Shown one piece after another: positions 42,013 through 55,479 of a stretch of 64,000 bases of DNA. The notes under the pieces were generated by a model, which did not search any database, was not told the DNA's origin, and worked only from the letters and a program-made list of their open reading frames with translations. The first letter of the stretch is position 1, and every line of letters starts with the position of its first letter. A program made the translations under genes and the position numbers. Source of the DNA: Octopus vulgaris (taxonomy: Eukaryota); the NCBI GenBank assembly GCA_951406725.2, contig OX597837.1, positions 1,860,001 through 1,924,000 on the forward strand, written 5' to 3'.

Positions 42013-42809
42013 ACTATAATTATAATAATTATAATAATAATAATAACTATAATAATAATAATAATAATATTAATAATAATAATAATAATAATAATCACAC
42101 ACACACACACACACACAAAGACAATAAATTTGTCTCACATGATAGTTTCGTTACTGCTAAAATTTACTTCAATAAAGAAGACTATGTAATGACCATTATT
42201 TATGTCTTGTCTTGTACATCACCGTTTAAAGACCAGTCTAACTGGAACACAACTAGGGATTTCCAATATAGACTCGCAGTGAGCTATGGCCTCGGACCCT
42301 GCCACAGTAATACGCGGAGTTCTTTACTAATCTAAAGAATATTGTTAACCTGACGTGGGATTCATATATTTTCTGTCTACCAAACTCACAGTCACTCACA
42401 AGACACTGGTTGGCCTCAGTGTTATAGCAGAATAGAATTTCCAGAGGTGCTGTGCCGTGGGGTTGATCCCGACACCGCATGGGTGTCGAAGCGAACTTCT
42501 TCACCACACATCTATATATGTGTGTGTGTGTGTTCTTATTTTTCGCGGCGTTTTTGCTCTGAAGCCTCGGTTCTTTCAGACTCTCGCAGTATTTCATATG
42601 TTGCACCAAGACAATCTTCTTGGCGTAACAGCCTTGCATCGCTTAGGACACTGCAGTTAGCTTGATGCTCTGTGCCAACCCGAAGAGCGAGCAGCAATCG
42701 AAAGGGGAAAAACATGTCTCTTTCACAGAAAACAGTTTTCTTTCTTCTTCTCCCGAACGATTTCAGCACCTACCCATTCAGATCGTTGATATACATGCAG
42801 ATTGGACAT

Positions 42810-42859
<50 letters not shown>

Positions 42860-42951
42860 TCTCTCTCTCTCTCTTTATAGTACGTGCGTGTATGTATATA
42901 TATATATATATGTATATATGTGTGTGTGTGTGTGTGTATCTGTATATGTAC

Positions 42952-42982
<31 letters not shown>

Positions 42983-44753
42983 ATGTCTGTATATTTAGAA
43001 ATATTCATGTGATGTGTGGGTTTATACATATACAAGGTTATACATACATATATGCATACATACATACACACATACATACACACATTTTTTTTATTACGGA
43101 CTCACATACATATACAAAACACACACACACACACACATTCATATCCAAACATACATGCGTGCATGCTGTAGCAGGAACATACATCTTCGGTTGTTTACAC
43201 AACTCTTTCAGTTTCACTAAAGGGACATTTTTAACACACAATTCCTTACTCTCTGTACGTTAACAAAAATCTTATATTAGGACGGCGAGGGAGATAAGTT
43301 ATATACCACCACCACCACCACCTCCCCAACACACACACCCTCCGGTCCCTTTATTTCATTCTTCCCTTCGTCTTCTACCTTCAGGTTTTCCCATTATTCT
43401 TTCCAGCCATTCTTTCGTAGCGATTTTCTTTCTGAATTTTATTTTTATTTCTTTTAAGTTTTTTCCTCACCGTTTTCAGTGTTGTTTTGTTTTAGTTTTA
43501 CTTTTTGGTGTGTGTGTGTGGGGTGTGTAGGGGAGGGTGCAGTGTTTTTGTTGTTGTTGCCTTCGGCTTAATTGTTTGTTTTAGTTGTGATCGGTGGGTG
43601 GGGGGTCATGGTGTGAGAGGGGCAGGGGCGGAAGATTGCATTGTTTTATGTACAGAGGCTAGGGCTTTTTTTTAATGCGTTTTGAGGTGTTGATGTTTCG
43701 TTTTTCAGAGACCCATTAGAAGACTTCTTAAAGGGAACGATCATCCTGTTGCTGTATTTCTTGCTCTATATATTCTCTTCACCCGTCTACTTGTTGTTTT
43801 TACTACTACTACTACTATTACTGCTACTACTACTACTACTTCTACTACTAATAATAATAATAGTAATAATAATAATAATAACAACAGCTATAGCGGCAGC
43901 AGTTGCTGCTGTTGTTCTGGCGTTTACAAGATTTATTTCGTTCTGGCTGCTGCAAAGTGACTTCCGTGCCGCCTACATCCACTCTCACCCCCGCCAACCA
44001 CCATCATCTACCGCCCCTTGCGCCACTGCCGTCATTACTTCCCCCTGACACCTCCAACGCCATCATAATACCAACCAAGCATCCACAAGTACACTCGTTT
44101 GCTAATTTCCATCAACCCCAGCCCCTAGGCACACACAACGTCCCGACCTAAAATCCCACCCATCGGTTACATCCTCGGTACTGTAGCCAAGAGGTAGCAA
44201 TGATTTTCACACCAGGTTAAAACTAACACTATATATACTATATATATATATATTATATATATATATACATACATATATCTGGGCGCAATGCAAAAGCCAA
44301 TTAAGACATCATCCACTTAAAAGAGTGTAGGAAGAATATAATTTTCTGCACCAAAAGGCTTCTTGGTACTTCACCCCTAACATACAGGCGCACAGACACA
44401 CACATACGCCTATACATACTCACACACACACGCACGCACACACACACACACACTCACATACTCCCGCGAATACGTTAAGTGAGAGAGACAGTCATAGACT
44501 AATACAGATATCAAGATTGAAACATTCTTTCAACCTCACACTTTCCCTCCTCACCATCCTTGCCTCTCTCTCCCCCTTCTCTCTCTCTCTCTCTCTCTCG
44601 TCTTTTCTTTTTTCCCCTTTTCCAGGCATGTATCATTAGTCTAGACGAAAACATCTGCACAGCTATTGGCAGTTGTAGTTGATGATAGATAAAACAAATC
44701 TCATGCCGAGATATCACAGCAGAGTGTAAAGCTTCTTGTAAACGAGAGACATT

Positions 44754-44790
<37 letters not shown>

Positions 44791-44828
44791 GCGTGTGTGT
44801 GTGTGTAAGTAAATAGACAGAAAGACAC

Positions 44829-44881
<53 letters not shown>

Positions 44882-44980
44882 GATAGATAGATAGATAGAT
44901 AGATAGATGGATGGATGGTTGGATAGATGGATAGATAGATAGATAGATAGATAGATGGATGGATGGATGGTTGGATAGAT

Positions 44981-45030
<50 letters not shown>

Positions 45031-45145
45031 CAGACAGACACAAGTAGATAGACAGGCGGTAGGTAGACACAAATAGGTAGACAGACTTTCGTAATGAGAT
45101 TAAAAAAAACCAAGGCTGAGTAGATTTTAGAACATTTATAGACAG

Positions 45146-45193
45146 GTCTTACATCTGTTTCCTGGATATTTATTATATCCCTTCATCGGAGAC
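45146..45193 (-). ncRNA. Minimal hammerhead motif (CCGAUGA variant) in a short microsatellite-flanked element (~45090-45230)
   Basis: Reverse complement gtct-CCGATGA-ag-ggatat-aataa-atatcc-ag-GAAA-cagatg-TA-agac. A more decayed copy of the same family is at 49612-49659. Confidence 0.6.
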
Positions 45194-45227
45194 GGTGTGA
45201 GAGAATAGGTAATAGTTAATTTAGATA

Positions 45228-45268
<41 letters not shown>

Positions 45269-45476
45269 TACACACCTGCGCATAAGTTTGTATCTGTGCA
45301 CGGTGTTGTATGGAGTTACCGTCTTCCTACCTCTACTCATGAGGTCAATTCTCAAATAGTATGGCACTAATTTCCCAAGGTGCCGCTCATCTCTCAGTGT
45401 GAACCAACCAATACATGGCGAAAAATCTCTAACGTTCAAGCATCATCCATACACATGCTAACACATTATGTGTGTG

Positions 45477-45605
<129 letters not shown>

Positions 45606-45809
45606 TGTATTCCGTTAAGAAAGTGTTAGAGTACAGTATAGACCTCGTCCACCTTCAGAATAACTCAATAATATTTGGAATATTATTACATATTTCGAAC
45701 CCTAAATTGGGCATTCGACTTATGTGGATAGAAAATTGAAGAAAATGGAGTCAGGAAAGGAAGGCCTTGTAGTCAAAGATTTTAAACTAACAGAGACAAC
45801 GCTTGTATA

Positions 45810-45910
45810 TCGCCTGAGGAAACACAACTAGATCTCATTATGCAAACAGTTGCATAATCAAATACCTGTATTCTTGAAGAACTACGTTGTGTCGAAACAA
45901 ACTGTAGCGA
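45810..45910 (+). ncRNA. Type I hammerhead ribozyme with long stem II
   Basis: tcgc-CTGAGGA-a-acacaac...gttgtgt-c-GAAA-caaactg-TA-gcga. Internal hairpin attatgcaa/ttgcataat; GUA cleavage predicted after 45906. Confidence 0.78.
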
Positions 45911-46457
45911 ACAAACAAAGGACCAACCGTGCTCCCTCGTCGTGACTCCAGTTTCTTCAGTTATGTATGTATGTATATACATCGACATATCCGTAGAGTT
46001 AAATTGACTTCGATATGTATTGCTAAATGTTTCACACGAACTAAACGAACCATCAATGATAGTTCCCGGGTCTGCATTTGAGGTGGTGTGCATAAAGAAG
46101 AAAAAGAAAAAGAAAAGAAACAAAAACAGTGAGAAAAAAATCATTTTTTAGAAAGGAAGTTCCATTGCACGTATTGAGTACTTTCTCTCATCTTGTAGCT
46201 ACAAATATGCATGTGTGATAGAAGGACTGAGATAGAGAGAGAGAGAGAGATAGAGTGTGTGTGTGTGTGTTCGTGTGTGTGTCTGTGTGTGTCTGTGTGT
46301 GCACGCTGTAATTCACTTTGACGGGCGACGTAAATGAATAACTCCACTTAAAATTTCTAACTGTAACTTGAGATTTAACGTTAAACTTGGGCTTTTGTAG
46401 CGTTTGAATTGACTTGCTCCAAAAGCCATGCAAAGTTACAAATGTGAGAAAGTTTTC

Positions 46458-46488
<31 letters not shown>

Positions 46489-46732
46489 TCACATATACTC
46501 CAAATTTTATATGTATATAATTATATACCAATATCTGTATACATTTATATGCAGGTATTCATACGATATATAGACTTATTTACGTGTATGTATATAAGAT
46601 TATATACATACATAAAAGAATACAAAAATATTTCTAACGACAAATATATACTTCCATCTGCATGCAGCCATCAAAATGTGATTCTCTATCGAAATATGTA
46701 AACACACGCACACACACACATGCGTCTGTGTC

Positions 46733-46787
<55 letters not shown>

Positions 46788-47486
46788 ATATATATATATA
46801 TATATACATATACACACACATACAGCTCATCTAGTATTTATATATGAAATAGTTATGAATATAAACGCAAAATATATATTAAACATTTTAATGTATTGAT
46901 GTGTCTGTATATATATGTATATATACATATATATACAAGCAAATATTTCTACGGATATGACTATAAACGTGTATGTGTGTATATATATAGTGATAAACAT
47001 ATATATATATACATATATATATATATACACACACACACAAAGTACAATATATACGGTGTGGGTGGGTGTCAAACGTTAAAGTAATATTATTTCAAAGCAC
47101 TTTTACGAACGCTATATAAAATGTTCGTGTTAACTCTAACAGTAGACAAATATTTATTCTAAAAAAGCAATCTCACAATAGATGCGTATATAAATTATAT
47201 TTTTTGTCTGTTTGAATGTATATTAATCTCAATATGCATTACACACACACAAACATACATATATAAATTTAGATATAATGTATTGTGCATATATTTAAAA
47301 TTGTGTGTGCTTGTATGTATAAATATATGTGTGTGTGTGTGTGTGTGCACGTATGTATGCTTGCGTATAAGTACAATATAGACATATATGTTTTTGTATT
47401 TAATATTTTAGGTATGGTGTATATGCGTAATATATGATATACATTTGATATATGTATATACATTTGATATATGTATATATATATAT

Positions 47487-47581
<95 letters not shown>

Positions 47582-47612
47582 TTTTATGATGTATATTTAA
47601 AATATATATCGC

Positions 47613-47769
47613 AGGCGCAAGCTGCGTTGTGAGCAACTTACTTCCCATCCACATGGTTCCGGTTTCAGTCCCGTTGCACGGCACATGTGGAAACTGGCTA
47701 CTACTGTAACTCCGGGCTGACCAAGGCCTTGTGAGCGGATTTTATTGACGGAAACTGAAAGAAGGCCGT

Positions 47770-47808
<39 letters not shown>

Positions 47809-47975
47809 GTGTGTGTATGTGTGTGTATGTCCTCCAGCACTGCTTGGCAACCGGTATTGGTGCCATTACGTCCCCGCAATTTAGCAGTTCGGCTAAAAAG
47901 ATTTGTTCGACTAGACGGTCCTTCACAGCGGTGCTACAAAACGATAAAAACCAAAATGATAAAAGATATAACTCC
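47613..47975 (+). mobile_element. SINE family A, diverged
   Basis: cacatggttccggtttcagtcccg...ggaaactgaaagaag segment shared with family A. Confidence 0.75.
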
Positions 47976-48069
47976 ATTTTTGTTTTATATATACGAGACA
48001 CAATCTATTTGCATCTATTAAATATGCATTATAGACAGATAATATAAAACACATTGTTATGCACATAAC

Positions 48070-48110
<41 letters not shown>

Positions 48111-48879
48111 ATATATATGCATATATATATAATGTAAAATATATATATCATTAATATATCCTGTATATGTATAATTCATATATAACTAATTGATATAATA
48201 TGGAACGACATGTACTTTATATATATATATTTTTTTTTAAATGTACAATGTGTATATTATATTTGTATATAATGAACTATGGAGCATATTGTATATATAT
48301 ATCTTTATGTATTATATAGAACATATACATTAGTGTGTATATGTATGTTCAGTTTTATTTCAAAATTTCTTACCAATAGCGAAAGAGTCGGTCTCTAACC
48401 AAGATCCAAAGTTCCTTCATTGGAATTTCAACATCAACAACAGGGAATTTTTGTATGTATGTATGTATGTATTCATCTGTGTAAATTTGTATATTTTGTT
48501 TTATGTGTGTATTCTCATGCATATAGTTGCATATTTAGACATGCTCGTATACATATCTAAATGATAAAAATCTTCTTTCTTCTTTCTGGTTTTGAGAAGT
48601 CTAATTTCTCAAGATTGGTTTTTAGGCAGTGTGTTACATATCCCAGGGCCCCAATATTTACAAGTATAAACCTGAACTTGTAATCTATGTGTGCATGTGT
48701 GCAGATTTGTATATTATGTTTTATGTGTGTATTCTCATGTATATAGTTTCATATCTAGACATGCTCATATATACTTAAATGATAAACGTCTGGAAAGTTT
48801 TACAGATTTTTACAGTTCCAGTGATGGATTGGATCTGTAACCTTCGAGTTAGCTTTCTCCTGTGTATGTATGTATGTTT

Positions 48880-49075
48880 GGAAGAGAGAGAATGAAGCCG
48901 AAAACAACAAGAGGAAGCTGAGGAAGAATGAACCAATAGAAAATGGAGGATTTTTGTTTTTCATGTGTATGATTTGTGGGAAGAAATGCTTGGTTCATGC
49001 AGGCCTGGTCAAGCTTCAGAGAACTCAGAGGAATCAACCCATTGCTAATCGTGATGTGGCTATTGATCACAACAG
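48880..49075 (+). mobile_element. RTE-type LINE extreme 3' fragment (C-terminal zinc-finger-like motif)
   Basis: ENNKRKLRK...FMCMICGKKCLVHAGLVKLQRTQ resembles the RTE terminal K/R-rich + CxxCG..C.S..GL..H.R motif. Confidence 0.55.
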
Positions 49076-49344
49076 AACATGTGCAACCTTTCAGTTGGAG
49101 GATTGAAAAGCATTGCTAAAACACTTCATACTGTGGCACCGGTTACCGCTGCCAGCCAGCACAGAATGTGCAAAAGTCTTTGGCAGGGCTCAAGATTCAT
49201 ATAATTCACACTGCATTATCAATGACTCATTTCAACGATTCTTTCTATAACAATAGCTTTGCTCCTAAATGAGAAAGCAGCCGCTATATACATACATATA
49301 TATATATACACACACACAGACATATATATAGATATACACATATG

Positions 49345-49398
<54 letters not shown>

Positions 49399-49411
49399 CA
49401 TATATATACAC

Positions 49412-49468
<57 letters not shown>

Positions 49469-49495
49469 AACACATATATACATATACACACACAC

Positions 49496-49545
<50 letters not shown>

Positions 49546-50311
49546 CGAAATGAGATAACAAACCCAAGGCTGTGAAGAGGATTTTAGAACATTTATAAGG
49601 GAAAAGATATGGTCTTACAGCTGTTCGTGGGATATTATGGATATCCCTTTATTAGAGACGATGTGGGATGGTTAAATAGAGGTAAATATTTGAGTTCGAA
49701 ATAAGGAATAATTATGGAAAAGTAGGAGATAGGGAATATAGATGGAAATAAGAGAATGTGTGTGTGTCTATATATATATATATATAATCCAGAACATGAA
49801 ATATCGTTGAAAAATTAGTTACATATATTAGAAAATAATAAAATATTTATTCGGAGTTGATACTCTGAAAATTGTTTGGATGTAAAATTGCAAGATCGAT
49901 GGTAAAAATTCCAAGTCAGCATTATCCTACATGGCATTGTGTTTCTTTGGAAATATGAGAAATGTCGATACATCATATATGATATCAAATATTATCGTTA
50001 TAAAGCCACACCGCTTATCGTTGTAATTGCATATATATTATATGATTATATATCATACCTTCATTAGCTAACAGCTGTTTCCGCCACAACACGCGCTGCA
50101 CTCGTAGGTGAATGCTTGAGTATCACCCTATAGTGCTTCATCGAAACGTCAAACATGAAATGCAATTTTATTGCTTGGAAAGTGAAACTGAGTTACAGTT
50201 TCGTGATTATTTTGCGGGTTTGATAAAAGCATGTTACTCTTCCTTCGTTATTCGAGTACTCAGATGTGTGTGTTTGTGTGTATAAGCGCACACTCACACA
50301 CACACATGCAA

Positions 50312-50364
<53 letters not shown>

Positions 50365-50650
50365 CGATCACCGCGACCGACCAGACTATCAGATGTTGCT
50401 ACACATCGCTGGTCACAATGCGCTTCGCATTGTTTTAGCCTTCAAACGACGCCACCCCGCTGGCTAAGCGAGCAGGCTAACAGAAGAAAGAGTGAGAGAA
50501 AGTAGTCGCAAAAGAGTACAGCAGGGATCACCACCACCCCTGCCGGAGCTTCGTGGAGCTTTAGGTGTTTTTGCTCAATAAACACTGGGAATCGAAACCG
50601 CGATCCTACGACCGCGAGTCCGCTGCCCTAACCACTTGGCCATTGCGCCT

Positions 50651-50652
<2 letters not shown>
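50365..50652 (-). mobile_element. SINE family C
   Basis: Reverse complement ggaggcgcaatggccaagtggttagggcagcggactcgcggtcgtaggatcgcggtttcgattccc. Confidence 0.85.
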
Positions 50653-50729
<77 letters not shown>

Positions 50730-50730
50730 G

Positions 50731-50761
<31 letters not shown>

Positions 50762-50767
50762 TGTATA

Positions 50768-50935
50768 GGCACAGGCGTGTTTGTGTGGTAAGAATCTTGC
50801 TGCCCAACCATATAATTCCGGGTTCAGTCCCACTGCGTGACAACTTCAGCAAGTGTCTTCTACTGTAGCCTCGGGCCGACCAAAACCTTGTGAGTGGATT
50901 TGGTAGACGAAGAATGAAAGAACCGCGTCATGTAT
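50768..50935 (+). mobile_element. SINE family A, 5' half
   Basis: ggcacaggcgtg...ccgggttcagtcccactgcgtg...ggatttggtagacg. Confidence 0.8.
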
Positions 50936-51126
50936 ATATATGTGTGTATGTATATATATTATATATATATATATATATATAAGTGTGTGCGTGTGTGTGT
51001 GTATATATAAAATTAAAATGTGATTACACTGGCGCTGCACCAACATGGCCGCAGCCACAAGGTTGGAGAATAAAAGAATATTTATATAATACACGTATAT
51101 ACATATAATGCATATACATGCATATT

Positions 51127-51158
<32 letters not shown>

Positions 51159-52110
51159 TATACACACACTCACACATATATATATATAGACATATAAACA
51201 CACACACACATATATATATATACATATATACATACACTCACACGCCCACACACACACACACACGCACACACTTACATATCTTAGATGAACACAGAGAGAA
51301 AGAAACAGATTTGGGTAAGCCATATTTTTTGTTAGAACTTGATATACACACATATATACGCCAGGCGTATATACCGTATTAGAAACATGATCACTAACTC
51401 GCAATCTTCTTACACTCACATACACACGCTTACATTGGCACATTCACACAGAATCGCAACCACACGCATTCATATTTAGAAAGACGCATAAACATACACG
51501 AATATTACACACAACAACAAACCCCTACCCACAACAAAAAAGAAAAGTTTCTTTACTAAATCTGGTTTTATTATTTCAAACTTGTAAACAGTCCACAAAT
51601 TATATCCGCAAATCTTTCTCCATTTCTGTTTCCGTCTGGGAAAGAAATTGTCCCAGTTTCTCTTCGAGACCAGATTCGCTAAATGATGCATTGATTAAAG
51701 ATGGAAGAAAGAGTGAAAGAGTGGCGTCAAAGAATTATTGCTAAAATTCGATGACCAATAGAAATTCCTTGGCATTTTCACCTAAAAGTCTAAATTAGAA
51801 CATCAGTTGATGATATATGTGGCAACTGAGTGGCCTAGTGGCTAAGGGTGTAGCATTCATGGTGGCTATATGGTCGACTCGAGTCCGGAACCGGAAGGCA
51901 CGTTGTGTTGTCGAGTAAAACCATTTATTTCACGCTGCTCTCGTCCACTCAACCGTAAATGTGTAACCATGCGACGGAAAAGAGGAATGCTGGCCCGCTC
52001 GCTGAGCCACAATGACATCATTCGAAGGCTAAAACGATGCAAAGCGCATTGTGATCAGCGATGCATAAGCTTATCCGATGACATCATATATATATATATA
52101 TATATATATA

Positions 52111-52386
52111 TTGATAAAACGGTAAGATAACAAAAGAAAGAAAAGGACCTCAATATTATGTAAATAGAGGAAATTTATCTATACAATAATATGTTACATT
52201 ACTCGGTAGTCAAGATAAAACTCTGAGTTTCAGATGCCGAAGTGGAAATCCACAACACCATCTCTTCGGTTATCTGGCTATTTAACCAGATATTTAGCCA
52301 GATAACCGAAGAGATGGTGTTGTGGATTTCCACTTCGGCATCTGAAACTCAGAGTTTTATCTTGACTACCGAGTAATGTAACATAT

Positions 52387-52390
<4 letters not shown>
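52111..52390. mobile_element. Non-coding mini Penelope-like insertion: perfect 96-bp inverted repeat + 14-bp spacer + 74-bp tail, inside (TA)n
   Basis: Arms 52185-52280 and 52295-52390 are exact reverse complements. An extra unpaired tail occupies 52111-52184, and (TA)n lies on both sides. Confidence 0.85.
52300..52362 (+). ncRNA. Hammerhead motif (CCGAAGA variant); mirror copy on the - strand at 52213-52275
   Basis: agataa-CCGAAGA-gatg...catc-t-GAAA-ctcagag-TT-ttatct. Stem I has 6 bp, and stem III (ctcagag) is identical to that of the 58875 HHR. Confidence 0.65.
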
Positions 52391-52422
<32 letters not shown>

Positions 52423-52763
52423 GCTTTTATCCAAAATAGAGACGAACACCATTCCTCCATGTGATCGACTACAAAAATTGTTAAGATATTAAAATATTTT
52501 TCTATTTTGCTCAACATGAAACCAATGACAGTCGTAAGTCACAAATAAAGAAATTTTATCCATCAACGCAGTGTACAGCTCTCATTTTCATCGTTCGATA
52601 TTTACGCATGTTTGTGTGTGTGTATGTGTGTGTGTCTTACACTGTAATAAAGTTACAAAAGTAATCCTAGGGGTGAGAGTTTCGCGCGTAAAGCTTATCA
52701 TAAAGCTTTATGTTGTAAAAAATAAAAAAAACATTACATAAAATAATATGCTTACATATACAT

Positions 52764-52801
<38 letters not shown>

Positions 52802-52831
52802 GTATACATACGCACAAACACACACATATAT

Positions 52832-52883
<52 letters not shown>

Positions 52884-53839
52884 GTGTGTGTGTGTGTGTG
52901 TGTCTTAATAGTGATAATATGACAACAAAAGACTGAATGAGACCGGGTATTATTTAGAGGAATTTATCTGTAATATATGACAGTTATTCGGTTGTCATAA
53001 TGAGTTTCGGATGTATGTATACACACACACACAGAACGCTATGTGACGGCGAGATTGCAGAATGGCTAGCATGTGGGGCAGAATGCTCAGCGGTATATCT
53101 TTCGACTCTATTTTTTGTTGAGTTCAAATCCTGCCGAAGTCGACTTTCTCTTTCATCATTTTGGGATACATAAGATTAGGACCAATCAAATAATGGGGCC
53201 GATATAATTGACTACACCCGTTTCTCTAACATTGCTGTCCTTGTACCAAAATTTGAAGCTATACATACACATTATATATATGTCATCCTGTGTATAAATA
53301 TATACATTCAATAATGAATAATATTTACATACTTTTACATTGGTTTCTGTATATGTACTTATATATACACATACAGAAAACAGAAGACGCATATTGACAA
53401 CTATGCATGTATACATATATTCATACATACACACATATATACATTCATATATACATACACGCATATTGCCTAAATACCAATGTTGAGAAAATTGGCTTCT
53501 CAAAACCAGAAAGGAGAAAGCTAATTCGAAGAAAACAGATCCAATATATCACTCGAACTGTAAAAATCTGTAAAACTTTCCAGAAGTCTATCAATTAAAT
53601 ATATATGAGAATGTCTAGATATGCAAATATATGCATGAGAATACATAAAGCAAAACATACAAATCTGCTCATATACGTACATACATATATACATACATTC
53701 TTACTTACAAAAATATCTTGTTGATGTTGAAATTCCAATGAAGGAAACTTGAAGCTAGGGTTAGAAACCGGATATTTCTCTATTGGCAAGAACTCTTGAA
53801 ATAAATCGGAACAATGACATACATACGTATATGATGACT

Positions 53840-54200
53840 GTCCACTCGTAACAAAGGAACATCGTCCCTGACCATTAAGAACATTGTGCACGCAGTCAAA
53901 TTTATTCTCTACACTTGTGGCTTCGCTTCTAACGACAGCATTTGAGATCAATTCCTCTTCTATATCTCAGATGCCTTCAATGAGGACTTTACACAATTCG
54001 TAAAATCATAGTTTCAGTTTCCGCTGAGTGTTGGGTTGAGGAGGGTTCGCTTTCCACAAACACCTTCGCCATATTGCACCTGCTTAGGGTTCCTCCGATC
54101 ACTCCTCTGAACAAGATATCCAGTCCAACGTAAACGGTGCTTGTGCACCCACGTCGGCTCCCTTCAAGACCTCTGTATCTGGATTACCCTAAACACCAGC
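53840..54200 (-). mobile_element. Decayed Tc1/mariner transposase N-terminal fragment
   Basis: Broken peptides QVQYGEG..., VKVLIEG.DIEEE and TSVENKFDCVHNVL resemble the mariner HTH region (VYGE...W.K.F.EG...EDE.RSGRPSTS..ENV..V). Confidence 0.4.
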
Positions 54201-54364
54201 CAACAATGTATCAGCCATGCCTGATGGAGGTCTCCAAGGACCCATATATGATACCTGCAAAAGAGTCCGTGTCACTAAATGAACGACGTTAGCAAACACG
54301 CAGGTACAGAGTAACTTTTGTACGACCTGCGATGCCATGTTGGCACCAGATACGAGACATGTGG

Positions 54365-54404
<40 letters not shown>

Positions 54405-55479
54405 TATGTAGACTAAACGACATACTATTATCTATGTCATTATCCATATGCAATCACTTATTGTCATTATAATTCTCATTATTATTATTACTGTAGTTAA
54501 ATACAACTAAAGTCATAATACTGATATTAAAATACTTTTTTTGTTCCTTTTCCTTTTAAATGAAAATTAAGTTGACGCATAATCATATTGGACATGTTAA
54601 AACCTACAACCATAAATTGAATTTAATACAGGCTGAAATCACTAAAATGGCGTCTCATATGAATTGGTTACGAGGGTTATGACGGTTGTGTTTTTTCTTC
54701 CTTTTCTTTTTTTAACCTTACGCATACAAACAGGAAAGCATGCACAAATACATACATACACAATCGCTTGTGCGCGTATTTTGACTTAAAGACTTTTTTT
54801 CTTAGAAAATAAAGAATGTAATCTACGATTAAATTCGATCTGACATTTTGAAGCTTAACGTTTTTAGTTTAAATCTGCTCACTCTCCAATTTAGTATTTG
54901 CAAACATTACATTGTATGTGCGTGTAAATATATATATATATATGTAATATCTGTGTATATATATATATAATATTATATACACACACACACACATAGTAAT
55001 ATTCATATATATATATGAATGTTTCCATACTCCCATCCTTATGATTAAGTTCAGGGTCCGCGTGTGTGTGTATGTACTTAAAACAGCTTTTAGTAACGAA
55101 ACTATGCTCCGTGTAAATGTAATTTCGATGTAGGTCCTTACATGAGGGGCAGCTCTCAAACATATATTGATTTTTGGTGGGATTTTTGGTGGTCTACTTC
55201 AACACTGGATGAAGTGTATACTTCACCTCTTTTTTCTCGCTGTTTCTTATATTTGTGCGTGCGTACGTGCGGGTGAAGAATTAGTAGTAAAGACAGTCAA
55301 TGTGTGGTACGATGTTTCCTTCTATTGATTCATGAATACGTTTGTTTACCCTCCCCCTACAACGGCGATCAATGTATCAGTAACAAATACATATACTTTG
55401 GGGACTGAATCTCGAAGCAAACAAAGCTAAAAACAATACTGCGTTAAAAAACATTTGGACTGCTCAACGGGATTTAGAC

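Noticed and set aside
50066-50150. Minus-strand GAAA-cagctg-TT with a hairpin and TCGATGA
   Set aside because: Core is mutated and stem I does not pair; counted only as a possible decayed HHR, not listed as a feature.
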